Positions 1-8,797 of a stretch of DNA of 64,000 bases are shown here, piece after piece. The DNA lies in assembly GCA_963781585.1 (NCBI GenBank), contig CAWAGQ010000013.1, forward strand, positions 32,001 through 96,000, given 5' to 3'. Under the pieces are notes generated by a model. That model saw only the letters and a program-made list of their open reading frames with translations. It did not search any database and was not told the origin of the DNA. The translations under genes and the position numbers were made by a program. Source of the stretch: an uncultured Gemmatimonadaceae bacterium. Its GTDB lineage: Bacteria > Gemmatimonadota > Gemmatimonadetes > Gemmatimonadales > Gemmatimonadaceae. Within the stretch, counting starts at the first letter, position 1; every line of letters begins with the position of its first letter.

Positions 1-23
1 GACTCGGCGTAAACGACGCTCAC
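1..23 (-). CDS. PIN-domain (VapC-like) toxin, 5' fragment cut by the window edge
   Basis: GTG overlaps the antitoxin stop (GTGA) and reads MSVVYAES, resembling the first strand of PIN toxins. Only about 8 codons are visible. Confidence 0.45.
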
Positions 24-310
24 TCGTCGCGGTCCTCGTCGATCAACCGCCGCGCGAGCCCATCCGGTGAACTGAGCGGTGACGCTCGATAAGTCGCACG
101 CGGCCGCTCGGCCATGCGCAGGTGACCCTCCGCGGCGAGGCGCGCGAGGGCGCGCTCGTCCGGCGACACCAGCCACTGCCCGGCGTCGGGGCGGCGGAGT
201 TCGGCGATGACGCGACCGCGGTCCGTGATCAGATACACGTCTCCGTCGCGCACGCCGCGCAACACCTGACTGAGGGTCGCCTTGAGCTCCCGAACGCCGA
301 TGGTCCGCAT
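20..310 (-). CDS. Phd/YefM-family type II antitoxin
   Basis: MRTIGVRELKATLSQVLRGVRDGDVYLITDRGRVIAEL is a typical Phd_YefM N-terminus. Confidence 0.85.
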   Translation of the reverse strand: MRTIGVRELKATLSQVLRGVRDGDVYLITDRGRVIAELRRPDAGQWLVSPDERALARLAAEGHLRMAERPRATYRASPLSSPDGLARRLIDEDRDE

Positions 311-318
311 GCGACGCA

Positions 319-340
319 ATGTAGTCTCGTGTGACTACAT
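319..340. promoter_or_regulatory. Palindromic operator overlapping the -10 of the TA operon
   Basis: Perfect inverted repeat ATGTAGTC-N6-GACTACAT. Minus-strand TACATT lies 7 nt before the antitoxin ATG. Confidence 0.7.
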
Positions 341-362
341 CGTCAATCCGCGAGTAATGCCT

Positions 363-394
363 GGGAGCGCGCGCCGAGCGGGCTGGGCGCTCCC
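363..394 (-). terminator. Possible hairpin downstream of ybdD
   Basis: GGGAGCGC...GCGCTCCC inverted repeat right after the stop, with no clear U-tract. Confidence 0.3.
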
Positions 395-396
395 GC

Positions 397-597
397 TCAG
401 CAGCAGCGATTCCCCGGCCGGCTGTAACGATCCTCCAGCCGCTGCTTCGCGAACTCGTCGCGCGTCATCGGCACGCGGTCCGGATGACACTGCCGCACGT
501 GCTCCACGTACCGCTCGTAATCCGGCGCACCGATGATCGTGCGTAGCGTGCGCGCCGCCTTCCGCGCCCAGCCGCGGACGTGCTCTCGCGTGGTCAT
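397..597 (-). CDS. ybdD: YbdD/YjiX (DUF466) CstA-associated small protein
   Basis: [13 protein letters not shown]...HPD...MTRDEF...RY...RCC C-terminus, in the cstA operon. Confidence 0.9.
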   Translation of the reverse strand: MTTREHVRGWARKAARTLRTIIGAPDYERYVEHVRQCHPDRVPMTRDEFAKQRLEDRYSRPGNRCC

Positions 598-3179
598 CGT
601 TCGCGCCCTCCCATGCCCGTCGCCCTGGTGGGCAAGTGCGCCTCGAACAACTCGAAGATACGCCGGTACTCGTCGGTCCACGAGTCGGGACGCACGAAGC
701 CGTGATTCTCCACCGGATACACCGCGAGCTGCCATCCGGTTTTCCCGAGCTCGATGAGCCGCTGGGTGAGCCGCACGATGTCCTGGAAATGCACGTTGGT
801 GTCCACCATGCCGTGCGCCATCAGCAGCGGATCCTCCAGCCCCTCGGCGAAGAAGATCGGCGACGAGCGTCGATAGGCGAGGGTGTCGGTCTGCGGCAGG
901 TTGAGGATCTGCGACGTGTACGGGTGATTGTAGTGCGCCCAGTCGGTCACCGACCGCAGCGCGGCGCCGGCGCCGAAATCCTTCGGGGCCGTGAACAGCG
1001 CCATCAGCGTCATGAAGCCGCCGTAGCTTCCGCCGTAGATGCCGATGCGGTCCGGCGAGATCCCGAATTCCTTCTGGAGGTACCGCGATCCGTCGACGTT
1101 GTCCTGCAGGTCGCGTCCGCCCATCCACCGGTAGATGGCCGTGCGCCAGTCGCGTCCGTACCCCGCCGACGCGCGATAGTCGACCGCCAGCACCACGTAT
1201 CCCTTCGACGCGAGGAACTGGTTGAACATGTACTCGCGGGCGTAGTAGTCTGCGACCAGTAGTTGTGCACGTTGTGCGCGTAGCCCGCCCCATGCACGAA
1301 GATCACGCCGGCCCCGTTAGGCCGCGCTCCCATGTCGGCGGGCCGGTAAAGCTGCGCCGGCACCTTCACCCCGTCGGACGCGGTGAACCAGATGATCTCG
1401 GGCTTGATCCAGGGGAAGCTGAGCCAGTCGGCGGTGGGCGAGGTGGTGAGCTGGGTCAGCGGCGCGCCCGCGCGGTACGGCATGACGAACAGCTCGGGCG
1501 GCCGATTGGCCGTGGAGTAGACGTCGGCGAGCATCGTGCCGGCCGGCGACACCACCACGTCGTGCCCTCCCACCTGCGTCGTTATGCGCTCGGCCGGGCC
1601 GCCGCCCACCGGCATCCGGTAGAACTGCCGCTCGAACGGCGACACCTCGCTGGTGTGGAGCTCGAAGTACCGGCCGTCGTCGGAAATGCGCGCGTCCAGT
1701 ACTTCCCACTGTCCGTGGGTGAGCTGCCGGCGGTCGCTGCCGTCGGTGTTCATCGTGTACAGGTGCGCGAAGCCGTCGGCCTCGCTCACGAACCAGACGC
1801 GGCCGCCGCCGGCACCCGCGCTCGAAATTCGAGCCTGACCCTTATTCTGGGCGGGCGGCTCCGGGACGAACCCACCGCACGGGAAGCACGGCCCGCCCAC
1901 CCACGCCGAATCGCGCAGCACGTCGAGCGTCGTCAGGCGGCCGTTGCCGGCGTCCAGCCGGTAGAAGTAGCGCTCCTTCCAGTCGCGTCGCTCGGCGAAC
2001 AGCAGCGCCTGGGTGCCGTCGTCGTTCCAGTCGAGCACCGCGACCTGGGCCGCGGTCTGCGTGGTGTCGTCGGGGATCGGGTGGATCCAGCGCAGCTGCC
2101 CCGACGGCAGCTCCATGAAGGCGACCCGCCCGCCGTTGGGGACGTCGCCCACCTTGGTTCGGGCGGTGAGATCTTCGGTGTACCCGCTGAGGGTGACGTA
2201 GCTCGGCACTTCCGCCTGACGATCGTCGGCGGCCGGAATCGTGGTGGTGAGGACGAGCGCCTTGCCCGAGGGCGACACCGACAGGCTGGTGACGCGCTCG
2301 TTCTTCATCAGATAGAGCGTCTTCGGGTGCAGCGAGTCGCGCGCCGCGCGCTCGGCCTTGGCGATCGAGTCCTGGCGCATCCGGTCGCGGATGACCTCGA
2401 ACAGCTCCTTCTGCTGCGCCTCCAGCGCCGCGCGCTGCGCGTCGGGCTTGGGCGGCTCGGCCGGCGCCGGACCGGCGCGGATGTCGGTGAGCTGGTGCAC
2501 CAGCGGAGAGTCGAGGTCGAGCGACATGACGTTCATGCCGTCGCGCACGAACAACACGCTCTTGCCGTCCGCCGAGAAGTGCGGGTTGCGCTCGTCGACC
2601 ATGGTCTCGGTGAGGCGGCGCACGGCCGACGTCTTCATGTCCACCAGGAAGAGGTCGCCGTTGTACGAGACGACCTTGCGGAGCCGGTCGCGCGACAGGG
2701 AGCCGGGTTCGAGGAGCGGGCCGGCGCTGTCCATCTGCGACTTCGGTGAGCCGCTCGGGCGCGGCGCCCGCCTGCGCGCGCACGCGGTACGGGGCCATGG
2801 ACTCCCGCCAGTCCGAGCCCGGCGGGAGCCACATGAAGTAGAGGTAGTTGCCGTCTGGCGTCCACCGGACGCGCTGCGGCGCGCGGCCGAACACCTCCGG
2901 CCCGCGCATGATGTTCTGGATGGTGAAGTCGAAGCGGGGAGCGGCAGACTGTCCCGGAGCCGGTTGCGGGGTTGTCGCGTGCGCCGCACCGGCTGCGGTG
3001 GCGCCGGGTCGCGTGCCGTCGGATTGCGCTACCGCCGGAAGGGCCGTGGGCGCCAGCAGCGCGGTGGCGGCGAGACCAGCCCTCGTCAGGCGGAGGGCCG
3101 AAATCACGCACGCTCGCGGCGCGCGCGCCCGGCGTGCGGTGGCCCGCACGGCGACTGCAACCGGAATGCGCGAGCGCAT
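594..3179 (-). pseudogene. S9 family prolyl oligopeptidase / dipeptidyl peptidase IV-like protein, two frameshifts (about 2740 and about 1250)
   Basis: Signal-like N-terminus and beta-propeller region, then [22 protein letters not shown] and ENHGF catalytic motifs, spread over ORFs 1842..5144, 1010..2989 and 594..1229. May be an intact gene with sequencing indels. Confidence 0.8.
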
Positions 3180-5248
3180 CAGTCCCCCGCCACCGCCACT
3201 CTGGGCTCGAAGGGGATTTCGGTCGATATCGCCGGCTTGTGCGCCACGACGACCGCCCACCATTCCCTGGCCGAGGCGGCGAGGATGACGATCACCGAGA
3301 GGCCGAAGAATGCCGTGACCGCCGCGTCGAAGCGGTCGTTGAAGATGAACCGCGACGCCGCCGCCGCGCTGGCCACCCCCGCCGGGACGTTGCCCGCCGC
3401 CACGGTGGACTCGAACAGCCGTGCGTGCGCCAGGAAACCCAGCCGCGGGTCGTCGGCGAAAACCTTCATCCAGCTCGCCGTCATGGTGACGGCGGTGAGC
3501 CAGGCGAGCGGCAGCAGGGTGATCCAGGCGTAGCGCGCCTTCCCCATCTTGATGATCACCGTGGTCCCCACGCACAGCGCCACCGCCGCCAGCAGCTGGT
3601 TGGCGATCCCGAACAACGGCCACAGCGTGTTCACGCCGCCTAACGGGTCGATCACCCCCTGGTACAGGAAGTATCCCCACATGAAGACGAACACCGCGCT
3701 GGTGAGCACGGTGATGGGATACGACGATCCCCGGCCGAGCGGCGCCCAGACGTGCTTCAGGAGGTCCTGGAGCATGAACCGCCCCACCCGGGTGCCGGCG
3801 TCGAGCGTGGTCAGGATGAACAGCGCCTCGAACATGATGGCGAAGTGATACCAGATGCCGAGCGCGGTCGTCCCGCCGAGCACGTTCGAGAAGAGGTGGG
3901 CCATCCCCACCGCCAGGCTCGGCGCGCCGCCGGTGCGCGAGAGGAGCGACACCTCGCCGATGTTCTGCGTGAGCTGCTGGAATTGCGCCGGGTCGAGACT
4001 GAAGCCCCAGTTCCGCACCGCCTCGGCCGCCGTCTGCACCGTGCCGCCCAGCGCGCCGGCTGGCGCGTTGATGGCGAAGTAGGTCCCCGGCGTGAGCACG
4101 CAGGCGGCGATCAGGGCCAGCGTGGCGACCAGCGACTCGGTGAGCATGCTCCCGTAGCCGATGAACCGCGCGTCGGGCTCGCGCTCCAGCAGCTTGGGCG
4201 TGGTGCCTGACGAGATGAGCGCGTGGAACCCCGAGATGGCGCCGCAGGCGATGGTGATGAACGCGAACGGGAACACCTTGCCCGCGAAGATCGGTCCGGT
4301 GCCGTCCACGAACCGCGTGAGCGCCGGCATCTGGAGCGGCGGGAGCACGATCAGCACGCCCGCCGCCAGCGCCACCACCACCCCGATCTTGACGAACGCC
4401 GAGAGGTAGTCGCGCGGCGCGAGCAGCAACCAGACCGGCAGCACCGACGCCGCGAATCCGTAGGCCATGATCAGCCAGGCGAGGGTCGACCGGCTGAGCG
4501 TGAACGCCGGCGCCAGCGCCGGGTTCTCCGACACCGCGCGCCCCACGAACAGCGCCACGATCACCAGCACGATCCCCATCAGCGTGGCCTCGAGCACCCG
4601 GTGGGGACGGATCCATCGCATGTAGCCGCCCATCAGCAGCGCGATCGGAATCGTCAGCCCCACGGTCACCACGCCCCACGGACTCGAGCCGAGCGCGTTC
4701 ACCACCACCAGCGCCAGCACCGCGATCAGCACGATCATGATGCCGAGCACGGCGACCAGGGCCGTCATCCCCGCGACCGGGCCGATCTCCTCCCTGGCCA
4801 TCTGCCCCAGCGTCTTGCCGTTCCGCCGCACCGACGCGCACAGAATCACGAAATCCTGCACCGCTCCGCCGAGCACGACGCCCACCACGATCCAGATGAT
4901 GCCGGGGAGAAACCCGAACTGCGCGGCGAGCGTCGGCCCCACCAGCGGGCCCGGTCCGGCGATGGCCGCGAAGTGGTGCCCGAAGACGATCCACCGGTTG
5001 GTGGGGACGTAGTCGCGCCCGTCGTTGAGCCGCTCGGCGGGGGTGCGCCGGTTGGCATCGAGCGCGAAGATGTTGGACGCGATGATCCGGCTGTAGAACC
5101 GGTACCCGACGAGATACGTGCACACCGCCGCCGTCACCAACCACGCGGCGTTGACCGTCTCGCCGCGCGAGAGCGCAAGGAAGGCGAACGAGCCCGCGCC
5201 GGCCAACGCGACGAGCACCCAGATCAGAATCGAAAGAGGTCGGGGCAT
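3179..5248 (-). CDS. cstA: Carbon starvation protein A (CstA/YjiY) peptide/pyruvate transporter
   Basis: GHHFAAIAGPGPLVGP, ITIACGAISGFH, LWPLFGIANQLLA motifs and many TM helices. Confidence 0.95.
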   Translation of the reverse strand: MPRPLSILIWVLVALAGAGSFAFLALSRGETVNAAWLVTAAVCTYLVGYRFYSRIIASNIFALDANRRTPAERLNDGRDYVPTNRWIVFGHHFAAIAGPGPLVGPTLAAQFGFLPGIIWIVVGVVLGGAVQDFVILCASVRRNGKTLGQMAREEIGPVAGMTALVAVLGIMIVLIAVLALVVVNALGSSPWGVVTVGLTIPIALLMGGYMRWIRPHRVLEATLMGIVLVIVALFVGRAVSENPALAPAFTLSRSTLAWLIMAYGFAASVLPVWLLLAPRDYLSAFVKIGVVVALAAGVLIVLPPLQMPALTRFVDGTGPIFAGKVFPFAFITIACGAISGFHALISSGTTPKLLEREPDARFIGYGSMLTESLVATLALIAACVLTPGTYFAINAPAGALGGTVQTAAEAVRNWGFSLDPAQFQQLTQNIGEVSLLSRTGGAPSLAVGMAHLFSNVLGGTTALGIWYHFAIMFEALFILTTLDAGTRVGRFMLQDLLKHVWAPLGRGSSYPITVLTSAVFVFMWGYFLYQGVIDPLGGVNTLWPLFGIANQLLAAVALCVGTTVIIKMGKARYAWITLLPLAWLTAVTMTASWMKVFADDPRLGFLAHARLFESTVAAGNVPAGVASAAAASRFIFNDRFDAAVTAFFGLSVIVILAASAREWWAVVVAHKPAISTEIPFEPRVAVAGD

Positions 5249-5429
5249 GGTGATCCGAGGTGGAGGTCAGGGACCGGAGAAGAGAGGAAGTGAGGGCGGC
5301 GCGACCCCGCCCTCACGCCTCGAGACCCGGGCGCGAGACTGCGGCTCGAACTTGTGCCGCCGTCGGGCCGGGGTCAACGACATTCCCTGAGCCGCTGCCG
5401 GGCCTCCGACGAGCGACGTACCTTTCGCC

Positions 5430-6098
5430 GTGCCTTGCCAAGTGGTGAAGTCCCGTCGCGTCATTCTCGCGGTGTTGCTGGCCGGGTGCGCCAGCGCGGG
5501 CGGCCCGTCGCTCGCGGACACCGCGCCCGTCCTGTCGGAGCCGCTGTCGTCGTTTGCCACGCTCCGCATGATCGTCTTTCCCGTGCAATCGCTGCGCGGC
5601 GGAGACACCCTGGGCTGGGCCGCACACGTGGGCAATCCGAAGGCGTTCCTGGCCACGGTGGACTCGGCACTGGAAACCGAATTCCGGGACCGCGGGCTGG
5701 GTACCACCTGGGCGATGCCGAGCGACCTGGCCCGCACCGCGAAGCGCAATCCGACCTATGCGACGGACCCCGCGCTGATCCGCGCCGGCGATGCCTCACG
5801 AGTCATCGAGCGGCGGCGCGATGGGCAGATTCCCGAGCCGGTGGCATCGCAGATGCGCGCTCTGGCCGGTTTCCATGACGCCAGGCACGCGCTGGTCCCG
5901 GTGGAGCTCCGCTTCGAGCCGGCCCCGGTGGGCGCCGACTCGGGGCAGCGCCTGGTGCTGCACGTGGTGGTGCTGGATGTGCGCGGGTCGCGCCTGGCCT
6001 GGGTCGGGGATGTCGCGGGCGCCGCCGCGACGACATTCTCGCCGGCGATGGCAACCGATCTGGCGCGACGGTTCGCGGATCTGGTGGTCGCGCGGTGA
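5430..6098 (+). CDS. Hypothetical lipoprotein
   Basis: Signal peptide with lipobox LLAGC. The start could be 5430, 5442 or 5445. Confidence 0.65.
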   Translation: MPCQVVKSRRVILAVLLAGCASAGGPSLADTAPVLSEPLSSFATLRMIVFPVQSLRGGDTLGWAAHVGNPKAFLATVDSALETEFRDRGLGTTWAMPSDLARTAKRNPTYATDPALIRAGDASRVIERRRDGQIPEPVASQMRALAGFHDARHALVPVELRFEPAPVGADSGQRLVLHVVVLDVRGSRLAWVGDVAGAAATTFSPAMATDLARRFADLVVAR

Positions 6099-6108
6099 GG
6101 TAGGTGCG

Positions 6109-7125
6109 ATGGATGTCCCATGTACGTTGATCCCGGGCGACGGGATCGGGCCTGACATCGCGGCCGCAGCGGTGGGGATCCTCGAGGCCGCCGGCGCATC
6201 GTTCGAATGGGACCGGCAACTGGCGGGGGCGGCCGCGCTGAAGGCTTGTGGCACGCCGATGCCGGAGGCGACGCTCGATTCGATCCGCCGCACGCGCCTG
6301 GCGCTCAAGGGTCCCCTCGAGACGCCGGTGGGCGAGGGCTATCGGTCGGTGAACGTGGCGCTGCGGCAGACCTTCGACCTGTACGCGAACGTCCGTCCCG
6401 CGCGCGACATCGTCCCCGGTGGTCGATTCGAGAACGTCGACGTGGTGCTGATCCGCGAGAACACCGAGGGGCTCTACGCCGGCCTCGAACACTACATCCG
6501 GATCGGCGACGATCCCCAGGCGGCCGCCGAGTCGATCGCGCTGATCACCCGCGTCGGGTCGGAGCGGATCGTGCGTTATGCGTTCGACTACGCGGTACGG
6601 CACGGCCGGCGCAAAGTCACGCTGGTGCACAAGGCGAACATCCTCAAGTTCTCGCAGGGGCTCTTTCGCGCGGTGGGACAGCGGATCGCGAAGGAGTACG
6701 AGGGGCGGCTGATCTACGAGGAGCGGATCATCGACGCGGCGGCGATGCATCTGGTGATCCGGCCCGAGCAGTACGACGTGATCGTGACGACCAATCTGTT
6801 CGGCGACATCCTGTCCGATCTGGTCTCCGGCTTGGTAGGCGGACTGGGGCTGGCGCCAGGCGCCAACATCGGCCGCGACACGGCCATCTTCGAGGCGGTG
6901 CACGGTACCGCGCCCGACATCGCGGGACAGGGCATCGCGAACCCCGGCGCGCTGCTGCTGGCCGGATGTCTGATGCTCGAGCACGTGGGCGAGCACGACC
7001 GGGCGCAGCGGATCCGGCGCGCGCTGGAGTCGACCATCCGCGACGGGGCGACGCTCACCCGCGACCTGGGCGGGACTGCGTCCACGGCGGAGTTCTCGGC
7101 GGCGGTGGTCGCCCGGCTGGCGTGA
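6109..7125 (+). CDS. icd: Isocitrate/isopropylmalate dehydrogenase family (NAD-IDH-like)
   Basis: TLIPGDGIGPD, IRENTEGLY, VHKANILK, NLFGDILSD, FEAVHGTAPDIAG motifs. GAGGT RBS upstream. Confidence 0.85.
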   Translation: MDVPCTLIPGDGIGPDIAAAAVGILEAAGASFEWDRQLAGAAALKACGTPMPEATLDSIRRTRLALKGPLETPVGEGYRSVNVALRQTFDLYANVRPARDIVPGGRFENVDVVLIRENTEGLYAGLEHYIRIGDDPQAAAESIALITRVGSERIVRYAFDYAVRHGRRKVTLVHKANILKFSQGLFRAVGQRIAKEYEGRLIYEERIIDAAAMHLVIRPEQYDVIVTTNLFGDILSDLVSGLVGGLGLAPGANIGRDTAIFEAVHGTAPDIAGQGIANPGALLLAGCLMLEHVGEHDRAQRIRRALESTIRDGATLTRDLGGTASTAEFSAAVVARLA

Positions 7126-8048
7126 CCACGCCTAACGACTCGGGCGCCGGCGGGCGTGGCGGCGGCGATCGGGCCGGCGGCACCGGGCGCTCCGATCGCG
7201 GTGAGGGGCCAGGGCAGGCGGGCGGCGCGCTCTCCATGTTGCACGTCTCGGACCTCCACTTCGGACGCCCCGCGGTGCCGGCGGTGGTCGACGCGATCGA
7301 GGAACTGATCCGCCAACACCGGTACGACGTGGTGGCGGTGAGCGGCGACCTCAGCCAGCGGTCGCGCGCCGGCGAGTTCCAGCGGGCCCACGCCTTCCTC
7401 CGCGATGCGGCTCGGGTGAGCCACGTGGTGGTGGTGCCGGGGAACCACGACGTGGCGTGGTGGCGCTCGCCCCTCCATCTGGTCGGCGCCGCCACCATCT
7501 ATGGAGCGTATCGTCGCTACATCTCCGACGACCTGGAGCCGGTGCTGCGCGTTCGCGGGGCCACGATCGTCGGCCTCAACACCGCGCACGGCGTGAGCGT
7601 GGGGACGCTCACCCGCAACCCGCGCGACATCTCCATCATCGGCGACGTGCGGCCGCGGCAGCTGGAGCGGGTGCGCGCCGAATTCGCGGCATCGCCGGAG
7701 CGGGACGCGCGGATTATCATCATGCATCACAACCCGGTTCGCGGCGCCCTGTCGCGCCGCTTCGGGCTCAAGGCGCCGGCGCGGTTGCTCGACGCCCTGT
7801 CTCAGATGGGGGTGGATCTCGTGCTGTGCGGGCACGACCATCAGGAGTCGATCGATCTGATTGAGCGCACCGAGAAGGGGATGGTGATTTCGACCGCGGG
7901 TACGGTGTCGAACCGCTCGCGCGGCGGCCGCCCGTCGTCGGTCAACGAGATCCGGCTCGCGCCGTCTTCGATCGAGGTCCGTACGCTGGTCTGGTCGTCA
8001 GGCGACGGCGCGTTCGCGCCCGGCCCGGCGCGGTGCTTCCCGCGATGA
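7122..8048 (+). CDS. Calcineurin-like metallophosphoesterase (CpdA-like)
   Basis: SDLHFG, SGDL, PGNHD, MHHNP, GHDH motifs. Alternative start at 7236. Confidence 0.85.
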   Translation: MTTPNDSGAGGRGGGDRAGGTGRSDRGEGPGQAGGALSMLHVSDLHFGRPAVPAVVDAIEELIRQHRYDVVAVSGDLSQRSRAGEFQRAHAFLRDAARVSHVVVVPGNHDVAWWRSPLHLVGAATIYGAYRRYISDDLEPVLRVRGATIVGLNTAHGVSVGTLTRNPRDISIIGDVRPRQLERVRAEFAASPERDARIIIMHHNPVRGALSRRFGLKAPARLLDALSQMGVDLVLCGHDHQESIDLIERTEKGMVISTAGTVSNRSRGGRPSSVNEIRLAPSSIEVRTLVWSSGDGAFAPGPARCFPR

Positions 8049-8797
8049 ACGCACGCCCGGACGCGCGCGTGCACGCGGCGCAGTTCGAGCTGGCGTTCGC
8101 GCCGGTGGCGCTTCCGGCTCGAGCGGCATCGACGGACGCCGGAGACGCTGCCGCGCTCCTGGCGTCGTTGCGCGCCCTCGGCCTCCGCGGCATCGCGCGC
8201 TGCTGCCTGACGAGCAACCGGACGGTGATGGTCTCGTTCCGCGGCGCCGAGCTGCGCGTGCATCGCACGTTCTGCTCGGCGCCGCGCGACGTGCTCCAGG
8301 CGATCGTGACGTTCGTGCAGGGGCGGGGGCCGGCGCGGCGCCGGGCCCGGCGCCTCATCCTGTCGTATCAGGTGGATACGTCGGACCGCGCGCCGCGGCG
8401 CCGCCTGCCCACCCATCCGGACGACAGCCTGCTCGCGGCGCGGCTGGCCCAGATGCACGCGCGCTCCAATCGCGAGCTGTTCGACGGCTGCCTGACGCCT
8501 GCCGCCATTCGCGTCTCGCGCCGGATGCGGGCGGCGCTGGGCAGCTACCACCCGGCGCGCGCGGGCGACGCCGGTGCGGAGATCGTCATCAGCCGGCGGC
8601 ACATCCGGCGGCATGGCTGGGCCGCCGCGCGCGAGACGCTGCTGCACGAGATGGTGCACCAGTGGCAGGATGAATCCGGCCTGCCGCTGGATCACGGCGC
8701 TTCGTTCCGGGGCAAGGCGCGCCAGGTCGGCATCACCGCGTCGGCCCGGCGTCGTCCGGAACGGCTGCCGCCCAACCTCCTTTCCCGCTCGGCGTGA
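8045..8797 (+). CDS. SprT-like zinc metalloprotease domain protein
   Basis: TLLHEMVHQW...HG..F motif. ATGA overlap with the upstream gene. Confidence 0.8.
   Translation: MNARPDARVHAAQFELAFAPVALPARAASTDAGDAAALLASLRALGLRGIARCCLTSNRTVMVSFRGAELRVHRTFCSAPRDVLQAIVTFVQGRGPARRRARRLILSYQVDTSDRAPRRRLPTHPDDSLLAARLAQMHARSNRELFDGCLTPAAIRVSRRMRAALGSYHPARAGDAGAEIVISRRHIRRHGWAAARETLLHEMVHQWQDESGLPLDHGASFRGKARQVGITASARRRPERLPPNLLSRSA

Noticed and set aside
397..405. Selenocysteine read-through in the YbdD-like protein (TGA stop)
   Set aside because: The C-terminus already encodes Cys-Cys (TGC TGC) before the TGA, which is the non-Sec form of the family.
1248..2742. Both S9 frameshifts sit at GTCGCAGA, suggesting a programmed or modification-linked site
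   Set aside because: The same octamer occurs in frame without disruption at about 908-915 in the same gene and at about 25632 in dacB.
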